DNA of 64,000 bases from the human T2T-CHM13v2.0 reference genome, Homo sapiens (GCF_009914755.1 NC_060940.1); one strand, 5' to 3'; positions 1-22,217 are shown, counted from the first letter of the stretch. Notes: generated by a model not told the origin, from the sequence alone. Made by a program: numbers and translations.

Positions 1-1075
1 TTCTGGAAGTTTTATAGTTTCAGGTTTTACATTTAGGTCTATGACTCATTTTGAGATAATTTTTGTATTTGGTGCAAAGTATGGCTTGCAGTTCATTTTT
101 TGATTATGGATATCCAATTATTCCAGCACTCATTTTGGAAAAGACTATTTCCACTAAATTACCTTTGCACTTCTGTCAAAAATCAGCTGTCCACCTATGT
201 GTGGGTCTGTTATCTAGCTCTCTTATTTTTTTCCCTTCATCTGTTTGTCCATCATGACATGACTACCACACTGTCTTGATAGGACAGCCATACAGTAAGT
301 CTTGAAATCAGGCAGGGTTCCTCAAGTTTGTCTTTTTCAAAATAGTTTTGGCTCTTCTAGGTCCTTTACATTTCCATGTGAATTTCAGAATCAGCTTGTT
401 AATTTTTATAAAAAGCCTTGCTGGGATCTAACTGGGATTTCTTTGAATCTATAGATCAATTTGGGGAGAATTGATACCTTAACAATACTGAATTTCCCAG
501 CCCATGAACATGCTATGTCTTTCCACTTATTTAAATCTCCTTTGACTTCTCTCAACAATGTTTTGTAGTTTTCAGTGTACGGGTCTAACACATTTTTGCC
601 AGATCTATTCCTAAGCATTTCTTATTTTTAATGTTATTATAAATGGTGCTATTTTTACATTACCATTTCTGATTATCCATTGCCAGCATATAGAGAAACA
701 ATTGGTATTTGGATATTGATTTTGTATCCTACAACTTTACTAAACTCACTTATTAGTTCCAGAAGATTTTTTGTAGATTCCATCAGATTTTCTACACAGA
801 TGATCATGTTGTCTGTGAACTGACAGTTTTACTGTGTCGTCCTTTCTAATCCAGCTACCTTTTGTTTCTTTTTCTCGCCTCAGTACACTAGCTAGAACAA
901 AAGTGGTGAGAACAGACATTCTTGTCTTTCTCCTGAGATTAGGGAAAAGTATTCAGTCTTTCACCATTAAGAGTGATGTTAGCTGTAGGTTTTACAGAGA
1001 TCCCCTTTATCAGGTTAAGGAAGTTCCCTTCTTTTCTCACTTTGCTGAGGGTATTGTTTTTGTTTTTGTTTTTTA

Positions 1076-1756
<681 letters not shown>

Positions 1757-1771
1757 TAATTTTAATTATTT

Positions 1772-1774
<3 letters not shown>

Positions 1775-1835
<61 letters not shown>
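1775..1835. repeat. (TA)n microsatellite
   Basis: Direct read. Confidence 0.95.
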
Positions 1836-2696
1836 AAACTCTGTAGAGTTCAGACTCCTCACTTGTGTTCTAAGTCTATTTATCCTATTTATCCCCTGCT
1901 ACTTAGGATCCCTTAGCTTCCTATAAAAAACTTTCTGCTACATCACACCAGGGCAAACATGAGATTTTGTCAAATACTTTTTCTGTACCTATTGAGATAA
2001 ACACAAGATTTTTCTTTTTTAGCTTAATATGGTGAATTACACTGATTTTCAAATATTAATACTAAATCAACCCTGCAAAATCAGGATAAACCCTACTTGG
2101 TTATGTCGTACCATCCTTTGTAAACACTGTTAGATTAGATTTGCCACAGTTGGGTTTAGCACGTTAACGTCTACGCTCATGAGGAGTCTTGTTTGGGGTT
2201 TTCTTTCCTCGCAATGTCTTTGTCTGGTTATGGTATCAGAATCATGCAGGTCTCATAGAATTAGTTGTAACATATTCTCTTCAATTTTACAGAAGAGTTT
2301 GGGTAGAAATGGTGTGAGTTCTTCCTCAAATGTTTGGGCCGGGCACTATTCCCAGTTCTGTGAATAGCTGGCATTGTTTTCTCTAATCCTTCAACTAGTT
2401 CTCTCCCTGGCCTTAAGAAGTTTTCTTGCTCATCAGTTCTCAGCGGGATCCTTGAGTGGAGGGGCACTTTGGACATCTCAAGTTTTCTCTCTGTGCACCT
2501 CTGGTCCACCTTATACTCCATTGTAAGTACTCCGTCCTGCAACCTCTACCTGCCTTAGTCTCCCTGAACTCTCATCTCCATCTCCTCAACGCAGGGAGGC
2601 TGCCTAGCTCTGCCTGGGTTTCCCCTGTGCCATGGCCTAGAAACTTTCTAAAGGCACTGAGCTGGGGCAGCTGTACTGCTCACTCCCACTATCGCT

Positions 2697-4053
<1,357 letters not shown>

Positions 4054-4667
4054 AGAAAAAGAAACCCTCATTGCCCATCTCTCGAAAGATCACTGGCCTT
4101 GACTGACGAATGTCCAGTATTTTATACTTTGTCCATTTTTGAATTGTTTCAGGCAAGAAGGTGTACTGAGCCCTGTTGCTCCATACTGGCCAAAAGTGGA
4201 AAACCTCAAACCCAAGCCTTCTCCACCACCCCCGAGGCCTCCTGTGCCGACTTCTATCAAGGAGGCCTATATTGGAATCATCTGACCCCTTGTCTGTATG
4301 ACTCATGAGAGCCATGGTAAAATAAAAATTCAATCTCTGAGTCACCAGTCCCTAGCACAGAGGCCTGGCTCACTTGAGATTCTAGGGAAGCTTTGCTGGT
4401 TGAATAAACGTATGTGTGGATGCAAGTCCTGGCTCAAAAATCTAAGGTCCTCTAAGAACACAGGTCCCTAGCGCCATTCCGAAAGGCTCGACCCAAGGCC
4501 TGCACTGAACTTGAGAACAAAATCTAAACTCTTCACTAGCCAGGAGAATTGGGGACTTTGTTTCCCCTTAACGACAGTAAGAAGAGAACCCAAACCAAAG
4601 CCTAGAATAAGAAGTGATTTGATAAACTGGACAAACACCCTGGGAAATGGCAATTAGAATAACTTGC

Positions 4668-4880
4668 AATTTCAATCACTCCTTTGTTTCATAATTTTCC
4701 TAGAAGCTAAATATTTTTCTATTTGGTACAAGGGGATTTTCCTGGCCATCTCTTCAAAAGATAGGAAATTAATAATATTGGGTCTTGCGAGTATTCACTT
4801 AAGTTTAGATAATTTCTGTCATTTCCTGTTTAAAATCTCCCTAATAACAAGAACATGCAGTAACAAGTTTTTTGGCATTT
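4668..4880 (-). mobile_element. Decayed hAT (Tip100-like) transposase C-terminal remnant
   Basis: Manual translation ..KLSKLK*ILARPNIINFLSFEEMARKIPLYQIEKYLASRK resembles the hAT dimerisation motif (ERSFSKLKxI...LSIE...ASRK). Confidence 0.45.
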
Positions 4881-5207
4881 TTCTTAAATGAAGATAGGAC
4901 AAAATAGATTGTTCTACCCTGTTCACCCTGGCCATAACCATATCTAGGTGCAAAGAAATGGTACACAGTGTGAAGAATAAATCAATTCCTAGACACATTC
5001 TACAGGACTTTCCTAAATTAGATCATAACAATTTTAAAGGTCAAATAAAGGCAAAAACACTTTCAGTCTTAGTACCAAGGCATCATGTGGCTCCTTGCAG
5101 TGAGCTGTGAAACTTCCCCACCAACATGAAAGCTTACAGTCAAGACTCACAGGAGAAAAAAAGAGAAAAGGACTAAATTGTCGTGTAAATAAGAGATTCA
5201 GGATTAA

Positions 5208-5836
<629 letters not shown>

Positions 5837-7499
5837 TAGCTTAACAGGTATAACATCCCCTTTCAATACAAAAGTCTCTCACCAAAGATCCTTCTCTGCT
5901 GGTACAACTGCGGCGCATCTACCTTCACCACGGAGATGGTTCTCAAACCTAAAACTGTCTCTCTCACTCTCTGCTTTGAATACTTCAAGAGGGCCACACT
6001 GTCCGCAGAAGTAAAAAGCCATTACTATGGTGTATAGGGTTCTTCATGATCTGCAAACCTACACACGAAAAGAATGTATTCTCTTCCCACACATCATATA
6101 TTCTTGTCTAGGGATTCCCAGGGTAGGTTATCAGTAGGTCAATTAGGTTTGGATACACAGAATTAAACACAGTTCAACAGGCTAACTTGTTCCTGGCATT
6201 ACTGAGCTCCCAGAATTCCCCATGGAACACCTCCATGGACCAGTGCTCTGGAGAACGCAGATGCTACTCTCCAGACACTTCAAACTGCTTCTTCTCCGTC
6301 TAACACGCCACCTTCTTTTATTCCTCCTTCCTTTGCACACCTTGAAAGAATATTCGTTTCTGTTCTGTCTCCCTCTTCTTATTCCCATTCACTGCTCACC
6401 TCTCTGGGATCAGGCTTTGAACTCTAACATGCTGCAGAAACTGCAGTGCTCCAAATGTGACACCTACCTTTTCTCGTGTCCCTTCACATTTTGAAAAGTA
6501 TAAAATGATCTTCATCACTTTTGAATGCATTTGCATGCAAAGGCATAAAAGTGGCTGGGAAGAAGATGTAATGCACTCATGAAGTGTTTGCCTTTGGGGA
6601 CAGGAGGGACACCCTTTCTGGTGTCCCTTCGCCCTTTCACAGCTCACTGCAAGGAGCTACAGGATGCCTGTGGACTAAGAATGAAAGCATCTTTTTGCCT
6701 TTTTTTTGTGTCCCTTCACCTGTGTACTTGCTCCCTGTGTACCTGTACACGCCCTTTCTCATACCTCTTGGCTTGGCTCACTTCTATGTCATTTTTTATC
6801 TTTTTCTTTTGAAAATTAAAAATACAGAGAGAAAGGCAGAATAAGGCAGAATAAAAACCAAACGCCTGCATTCCCATTCATCAGAGGTGACAACCAGTAG
6901 ACTACACTAATTAATGTCATGTTGTTAGGCTAATAATGTCACGTTGGCTTCAAGACTTTTCTTTTTAATAAAAGAACATAACAGGATAAAAGTGAAGGGT
7001 CCTGTGATCTCTGCTGACAGCCCACTCCCACTCTGCTTCTCCTCACAAGCACCTCACAAGTGTCCTGCGTCTTCTTCTGGTCCACTTTTATACCTTTACA
7101 TGCAAATGCATTCATAACCAATGAAAACGATTTTGTACTTCACAAAAAAACAACATAATCACATCATACAATTACTCATCCATCACCTTTGTCACTGCAT
7201 AAAATCTAATCAGTAAGATCTACCCATATTGGCACACAACTCAACAATATCTGCCAATGCTAATTCGACTGATCTATCAACACTGATCCTACTGTTTCTT
7301 CCACCATCTCCAGTTACTTAGAACTTAGCACCATGTCCTGTCTCCAAGGGCTTCTTATTTGCCCCTCCCAGTGGCCCCGTAAGATGCCCCAAATGCCTTC
7401 AGCTGACACAGGGCAGGGACACACTCTTCAGGTCCGGCCCAGTCTAAGGCTGTGCCCTTAAGTGTTGTGCTAAGCTCCCCCATTTTTTTGTTTTATAAT

Positions 7500-7641
7500 T
7501 TATTTTCTTTTTTTCAAATAAAAAAATAGAGAGGGTCTTGCTACATTGCCCAGGCTGGTCCCAAACTCCTGGCCTCAAGCTATCCTCCCACCTTGATTCC
7601 CAGAGTGCAGGGATAACAGCGTGAGCCACCGCACCCAGCCA
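7500..7641 (-). mobile_element. FLAM / Alu left monomer
   Basis: Monomeric Alu sequence. Confidence 0.85.
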
Positions 7642-8060
7642 AGCTGCCCTGTGTCCATCAATACCCCACTAGGCACTGTCTCTGCGCCACTGTCTTGTAC
7701 ATATCATGTCTCTCAATTCCCTGAACCATGCACTTACTTATGTGTTAAGTACAATTACTATCCTCACTTTACAGATACAGAAACTGAGGCTGGGGCAGGT
7801 CCTGGAGGCTTGGTGTGAACCACAACTATACAGCTTTAGACTCTAAGTTTTTATCCACAGGGCTAAATGTCAGGTTTACTTGGAAAAAAAATAAAAGTGG
7901 AAGATGAAATTAGAAAGATGGGCCCGTGTAAGATTGTGAAGAGGCTTGAATGCTCAGCTCAGGAGTACCGGTTAACAAGTTACATGGTATTGTACCTATG
8001 TCACTGGTCCCTGATCAACACAGCACCAGAGCGCCCTGGGAACAGGGAAACGGTACTCAC

Positions 8061-8196
8061 GGTCATGGACCTTGTAGCAGTGCGTCTGCAAGCGCTTCAC
8101 GTCCCATTCCTCTAGCACGCCATGGGTCATCAGCAACTGGAGGAAGCGCCGGTGGACATCAGTCATGACGCCCATTCTCCTTGTGCTGCCCTGCAT
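8061..8196 (-). CDS. NSMCE1: NSMCE1 first coding exon (codons 1-45 plus 1 nt); NSE1 subunit of SMC5/6
   Basis: Translation MQGSTRRMGVMTDVHRRFLQLLMTHGVLEEWDVKRLQTHCYKVHD matches the recalled human NSE1 N-terminus. ATG at 8196-8194; donor ACC|GTGAGT after 8061 (136 nt, phase 1); acceptor ttccttttcag| before 8207. Confidence 0.96.
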
Positions 8197-8207
8197 GTGG
8201 GAACGAA
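8197..8207 (-). other. NSMCE1: NSMCE1 exon 2, 5'UTR part (11 nt)
   Basis: Polypyrimidine tract plus CAG at 8210-8208, followed by ttcgttcccacATG. Confidence 0.88.
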
Positions 8208-8379
8208 CTGAAAAGGAAGTAAATGACACTAGTCAACCCCAAGCACATCAGAAGCAACGTCCTGGGTCTTGTACTAATTTACATTAACAAATATAAATTT
8301 GCTATCATTTTTAAAAGTCATTCTTCATGCTGTTTACTACAAAGGTGAGAAGAAGAACACGAGTCACAGCATCAGGACT

Positions 8380-8620
8380 GGGCAGTGGTAAGAGGTGTGG
8401 ATTCTGGAGCTAGAATGCTGGGATTCAGGGCCTGGCTCTCCCACTTACTAGGCGTGTGAGATTGAGCAACTTAGTCCCCACAGGCTTTGGTTTCTGATCT
8501 GTAAAGTGGGACTAATGATAGAAACGTCCTCTGCAGAACTGCTACGAAGATTAGATGGGTTAATACATGTAATAGCCTGGTAACACAGTAAGCACTAAAT
8601 AAGTCTGAGCTATTTTTACT
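8380..8620 (+). mobile_element. MIR
   Basis: MIR-core-like ggctctcccacttactaggcgtgtga...ctgtaaagtggg...cacagtaagcactaaataa. Confidence 0.75.
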
Positions 8621-9356
8621 ATCAGGCAATTCTGGGTCTAACCCTTGGCTGAGCCTTTTTACCAGATCTATGGCCTTGGAGAAATTGAGCAGAGGCCCCG
8701 TTTTCTCACCATAAAATTATAATGAAGTTCATTACTGAGAGAACTACTAGTAAACACTTAATAAATGTTAGTTTCCTCCTCTCCCCAAACCACTAATAAA
8801 ACAACTATCATGGCAGGACTTCAGACTATTTTCGAAATCTCCTGCTCACTAACAAAATGGGATCTTTCCGTAAACCACAAAGATCACAGTTAATAAAACT
8901 ATTCCACAAGCCCTGATCAAAACGCTGGCTACTGCCATGGAGCACGCAGTGCAGGGGCTAAGAATGTGAATTTGGAACTAAACAGGAAGCACTGAGACCA
9001 GAAAGTCCCAGATCTGCCTGATCCTAAGGATTTCCTAATGTGCATTTTAACAATACAGATTCCCAAACCCTTTCCTGGATGTTCTGACTGCAATGGGTCC
9101 TGGAATTCTGAGGTGTTTACATTCATTTTAGGTGATGTCAAGATCTGACAAGAAAGAAGTTCACTGGTGCCTTGGGCAAATACAGCAGGCAAACATTTTT
9201 AGCTAACAATGCTCAGCCTCCCTAAGGCCTAGTCTCTTCACCTCTAAAACTGGGAAACTAGTAGCTACCTTAAAGACATAGAGGAAGCCTAAATGAGTCA
9301 CAACTACCAAAGGCTTGCCAAGCACCTGGCACATAAGAGATCCACAAGACTGCTAA

Positions 9357-9675
<319 letters not shown>

Positions 9676-10339
9676 GTGCTGTTCTTTAACAGCATCCTCA
9701 ACTGGACCTCAGGGCTGGGAAAATGCGCCATCTCATAACCAGTCCCTCCAACTGCCTGCTAGAAAAATATCCTCCATCTCACCAAATCTGCACCTCAACA
9801 AAGCCTACGTTAGACTCATCCTCTCCTTCCACCTCCTTAGCCCCTTTCCTCTCCCAAGTCCTTCTCTTTGCAAATCATCTGGTGTGGACGGTGCAGTCCA
9901 CACAATCATACCACACACCTGAGCATCGAACTCTGGTCCTCCTCTCCTTAAACCTCAAATCCAGCCTGTCATCAACTTTATTTCCTATCACTAGGGCCAT
10001 TCCATGTCGATGTACTTAGCACCCCCGTATTTGCCAGTGGTTGTTCTGGGCACAGGGTTAGAATGTGCTAGGCTAAAAACAATGGACTTCTATCCTGCAA
10101 ATGAAGGATCTCTACAAACTAAGGGTCTTGAAGCAGGAACATGGTGTTGCCTAGCTGTGTTTTAGGGAGATTATCCTCTTTGGCATCATGGAGGTGTAGA
10201 GGAAAGAAATGGGAGGCAAAGAGTCCAGAAAGCAGTCTCCTGAAGGGATCCTACAAAAGGGGATGAGGTATCACCGAGGCTTGGCAGTGGGGACAAATGA
10301 TACGAATCACTGTCATTGTGATCCCATCAAATCTCAAGC

Positions 10340-14325
<3,986 letters not shown>

Positions 14326-14329
14326 TTAA

Positions 14330-16720
<2,391 letters not shown>

Positions 16721-16721
16721 G

Positions 16722-17262
<541 letters not shown>

Positions 17263-18356
17263 ATTACTTTTTTTAAAAAAATTAATTAAAACAGTTTATT
17301 GGCTTTAAATGTACATCAGTAAATTTTTAAATGCTAAAAAGTTATGATAAAATAATACAGAACCAAAACATCAAAGAAAATAGAGGCTCAGCAGCATGAT
17401 TTCAATATATTTTCCCGGATAAACAGATTTTTTTTCTAAGTATATGCCTTTTTATTCAAGAACAAAAACTCCCTAAATTCAATGTTTAGAACTGAATTTT
17501 TTTTAACTAAGCCCAGAAAACTGGGGCTCATAAAATAAGGCATAATGTGGGCAGCAAAAGAAAAAAGGAGAAAAAAAATGGGAGAAAAATTGGTTTTAAT
17601 CCCATGTATAATATAGGTTGGCTGGTTTTGTTTTTGTTTTAGCCAATTTAAGGCAGAATTATCTCTCTGCAACCTTGCAGATAAATCCTAGTGTTTTAGC
17701 CATAAGTTTCAAGAGTTCATATATACAGAAAAACCAATTAAAAAAACCTTTTCGAAGGCTTTTGAAGCATTATATAAATCTTTAAAATTCCTATCACCCA
17801 CATTTTAAGAAATACATCTATACGTTTAAATTTATTATTAAATTAATTAAATGCATTAATTAAATCAATTTATTTAAATTTAATAATTTTAAAATAGAAA
17901 TGTTTGTGGAATAAGTAAATCTCAGTCATACCATTCATGCGGGTGCTAACACAATTCTAGTGCTTCACATGCCCGACCTCATTTAACCCAAACCAGAACA
18001 ACCTTATGAGCAAAGGGTCACTGACCCCATCTTACAGATGAGGAAACTGAGACTAAGAGGGCACAAGGTGACACACAAGAGTTGGTGGCAGAGATAGACG
18101 TGACCATACAACAGCACAGTTCCTGTTTTCAAGGACACTCTCTATCCAGCGAGAGTGAGAAAAGTGAGTGAACAGAACAACTACAATCCAGGTCCCTCAT
18201 CTGCAACCCTCAAATCTAAAAAGGTATGAATACTAGTGGATGATCGGATGCAGGGGAAAAAAAAAAAAAAGTCTGAATACCAAAACTTGTTTAAGTTGGA
18301 AAACTTGACCTGACTTAAGGTGAGGCTATTTATGGTTATTTATCCCAACAGTGTAA

Positions 18357-18672
<316 letters not shown>

Positions 18673-19089
18673 TCAATGTAATATATGCGTATCTTCATAA
18701 CTTTAGCTGTGGAAAGGGTCGTGTATTTGATTACAAGCCGCTGCTCCAGCCCCCTCTGAGGGTGAAACCTAACATAGAACATAGGGACTTTACCTTTCCA
18801 AACTCCGAGAACTCCTCGATTTTAAACGCATCTGGCCTCGGGGCTGTAACATAAGCGGCTGCGGACTTGTACAAAGTAAGAAACTCCGTACACAAAACAG
18901 AGGGGAGCACGGAGGGCGGCGGGACAAAGAGGGTGGTCGGCAAAGGCTGTATTTTCCATAGATGTAATCACAGTTTGAATCGAATTTTATATTTTGCTTT
19001 TTCACCTGTTACAATGAAAAGTATCTTTACCTGTTAAATCGTAATTACGATTAAAAATATTTTTCACTAAATAGTAAGATTTTTAGATG

Positions 19090-19600
19090 TCTGCGTGTGT
19101 GTTGCGGGAGGACATCCCAGTCCGCTGTTTTCTGCGGCCCCTGTCTGGGCCTCAGTTTCCCCATCAAGAAGGGGGAAACCCCAAGACCCCAGTCCCCGAG
19201 TTCCACAGCCCACGGGGACCGACCCCGGGGCCGGACCCCACTGCCTGTCTCGCCCACCCCACCTTCCGTCCTCCCCTCGCCTTCCTTGAAGTCCCTCTTC
19301 TTTCCCCTCCAACCCCTAGCTCCCCACGTTACCCACCAGGGAGCCCAAGCGCATCCCAGGCCGCGCTAGCGGATACGGTCGCAAGGTGGACTCTTCTTCC
19401 TTTGAGGCGGGGCGAACGCGAACGCGGCGTTCCCATTGGTGGCCTGCGGCTTATTCGCCCGTCCGTTGAGTGACGCACTTCCGGTTCTCCGTTTGCGCCA
19501 TTGCCCTGGTGGTTCCGCCTCGTGGGTTAGATCCCAAATTACGCCCGCTCTCGATCCTTAATGATGGGAAGGGGCTTCCACTTGTCGCCCTCCGCCTCCT
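19090..19600. promoter_or_regulatory. CpG-rich bidirectional promoter (NSMCE1 / divergent lncRNA)
   Basis: Main CpG-dense unique region of the window. GC box GAGGCGGGGC 19404-19413, inverted CCAAT (ATTGG) 19435-19439, GTGACGCACTTCCGG (CRE-like plus ETS/GABPA) 19470-19484, YY1-like CGCCAT near 19496. No TATA box. Confidence 0.85.
19337..19403 (-). other. NSMCE1: NSMCE1 exon 1 (5'UTR); TSS approximate
   Basis: Inside the CpG-rich region, downstream (minus strand) of CCAAT, GC and ETS motifs. Ends at donor CTG|GTGGGT, with a second GT 4 nt further on (TGG|GTAACG). Confidence 0.78.
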
Positions 19601-19762
19601 GCACCTCAGTGACTTCCCTGACCAAGGAGGAAGAATTGGCGTGCAGCCTGGGCTTCCCTCAATGGCCACCATTCCGCTGGCACAATGTAGTGCCCTGCCC
19701 CGGGCCTCAGTTTCCCCATCTGTGGAACTGAGTGTGGCCTCGACGTCAAAAATGTGGACTCT

Positions 19763-20058
19763 GGTCCGGTCGCGGTGGCTCACGCCTGTAAGTAATCCCA
19801 GCACTTTGGGAGACCAAGGCGGGCCGATCACTTGAGGTCAGGAGTTCGAGACCAGCTTGGCCAACATGGTGAAACCCCCGTCCCTACTAAAAATACAAAA
19901 AGTAGCCGGGCGTGGTGGTGTGTGCCTGTAATCCCAGCTACCCGGGAGGCTGAGGCAGGAGAATCACTTGAACCCGAGAGGCAGAGGTTGCAGTGAGCCA
20001 GATCGTACCACAGCACTCGAGCCTGGGTGACAGAGCTCAAAAAAAAAGAAAAGAAAAA
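19763..20058 (+). mobile_element. AluS with 15-bp TSD, inserted in MIR-derived sequence
   Basis: TSD aaaaatgtggactct at 19748-19762 and 20054-20068. Confidence 0.95.
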
Positions 20059-20680
20059 TGTGGACTCTGTGGTCATAGAGCCTGATCTAGAATCCTGGCT
20101 CTGCCACTTACTAGTTGGCAGGCGCTTGGGCAAGTCACTGAGCCTCAGTTTCCTCTTCCATTAAATGAGGATATTAGTTCTTGCAAAATAGTGTTGGTGA
20201 GATTTACAAGAGATAATAACACCTATATCAGGTGCTTAGCATGGCCATTGAAAAGTGTCACATGGGAGTGCTGATTATATGTTAACTGTTATCTTACCTA
20301 GGGATTGTGAGAAAGCAAGTGAAATTACTCGTGGAAGTGAATGGACTGCTTTGAGTCTTCAAGGCGTTAATTTTCCAAACGTTTGAATTCTATCCCTGGT
20401 CTGAGAGCTAGGGATGCAGCCTAGCAAGGGAAACAGGTAACTAATATAGAACAGCAGTACCTGCAAATATCTGTCTCTGTGAGGATAGATCAAATCCAGG
20501 CTTGGTCACTCACCACCCCTGTGATCTTGGACAACCTCTTAACCTCTCTGGGCTTCAGTTTCATCTGCTAAGTGGGAAAGCAGTGGTGTGTGGTGATTAA
20601 AAGCTTCAGCTTTGGAGCTGGATGGTCAACATGGAATCCTGGGCCTTAAACTCAGTGTCTCTGAGACATAGGACAAAGTA

Positions 20681-21732
20681 CAGTCAGCTGTCCATGTTTA
20701 CAGGTTCCCCATCTACGGATTGAAGCAACTGTGGGTGGTTAATATTTGTGGGGGAAAACAGTAAAAAATAACAGTTCAACAATAAAAATAATACAGATTC
20801 CGAAAGCAATACAGCATAGCAATTACTTATATAGCATTTACATTGTATTAAGTATTGTAAGTAATTTAAAGATGATTTTCAATATACTGGAGGATTTGTG
20901 TAGGTTAAATGCAAGTATTCTCGCATTTTGTAAGCACCCAATGGTTCTCCTTGCCTGCTTCCTAGACAGAACCAATTTATCAAGACAGGGGAATTGCAAT
21001 AGAGAAAGTTTAATTCACACAGAGCTGGCTGAACAGGAGACCACAGTTTTATTATTACTCAAATCAGTCTCCCTGGAAATTCAGGGTTTTCAAGGATAAT
21101 TTGGTGGCTGGAGGTGCTGGGGATTAGAGAGTGTTGATAGGTTGGATCAGAGAGGAAAGGAGTCAAAGCTGTCCTCTTGCACTGAGTCAGATCCTGGGTT
21201 AGGACCATAGGACCAGATTAGCCAGATTACAGGGCTGGGTGGCGTCAGCTGGTGCATTAGAACACGGGTTCTGCAAAATATCTCAAGCACTGATTTTAGG
21301 TTTTAGAACAGTGATGTTACTCCCGGAAGCAATCTGGGGAGGGTCAGAATCTTGTAGCCTCCAGCTTGCGTGACCTCCTAAACCATAATTTCTAATCTTT
21401 TAGCTAATTTGTTAGTCTACAAAGGCAGACCCGTTCCTAGGCAAGGAGGGGATTTGTTTTGGGAAAGGGCTATTATTGCCTTTGTTTCAAAGTTAAACTA
21501 TAAACTAAGTTCTTTCCAACATTAATTCCACCTATGTCCAGGAATGATCAAGGACAGCTTGGAAGTTAGAAGCAAGATGGAGTCAGGCCAGATCTCTTTC
21601 ACTATCATAATTTTCTCAGTTATGCTTTTTACAAAGGTGGTTTTGATTTTACATAAGGGACTTGAGCATCGAGAATTTTGGTATCCATGGGGACTAAGGT
21701 ACCAATCCCTCACAGATACTAAGGGATGACTG
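20681..21732. mobile_element. MER2 (TcMar-Tigger) split by an LTR8-family element
   Basis: Termini TA|cagtc and gggatgactg; internal agcatttacattgtattaagtatt motif. Confidence 0.8.
20929..21645 (-). mobile_element. LTR8-family (ERV1) solo LTR
   Basis: Ends tgtaagcacccaatgg... and ...tttttacaaaggtggtttTG match the reverse complement of recalled LTR8; 4-bp TSD attt at 20925-20928 and 21646-21649. Confidence 0.82.
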
Positions 21733-22045
21733 AGCTCAAGTTTTCAGCTTCAGTTTGCTCATCTATAAAGCAGGTTTAATAATAACACTTTGTTGATAAT
21801 GTTATTCTGAAGATTAAAGGAAGAGTAAACGTAAACTACTTAGAAGAGTGTCTCTGGCACATTGTAAGCCCTCAATAAGTGTGAACTAACACCACTAATA
21901 AGTTCTTTATAAACTGCCTAATAGGTAGTCAAATAAGAGGGGAAATAAAGCCCTAAGGAGTAATATTTGTGTTTTGTTTGCCCTACATGGTTTTGTGAAA
22001 TTTTCTATTCATTATCAATATTTAAAGTTGGGGTTTTCAATCTTT

Positions 22046-22182
22046 GACTGGGCATGATGGCTCATTCCTGTAATTCCAACACTTTGGGAGGCCCAGCTGG
22101 GAGGATGGCTTGAGCTCAGAAGTTTGAGATCAGCCATGGCCAACATGGTGAGGCCCCCATCTCTACAAAAAAAATATATACG

Positions 22183-22217
<35 letters not shown>

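Noticed and set aside
7996-8229. The full 77-aa ORF as a complete gene
   Set aside because: Only 8061-8196 is coding; the flanks are UTR or read through the splice sites into intron.
19051-19835. Cluster of overlapping ORFs at the promoter
   Set aside because: Expected from high GC content; mostly non-ATG starts and partly MIR/Alu-derived.
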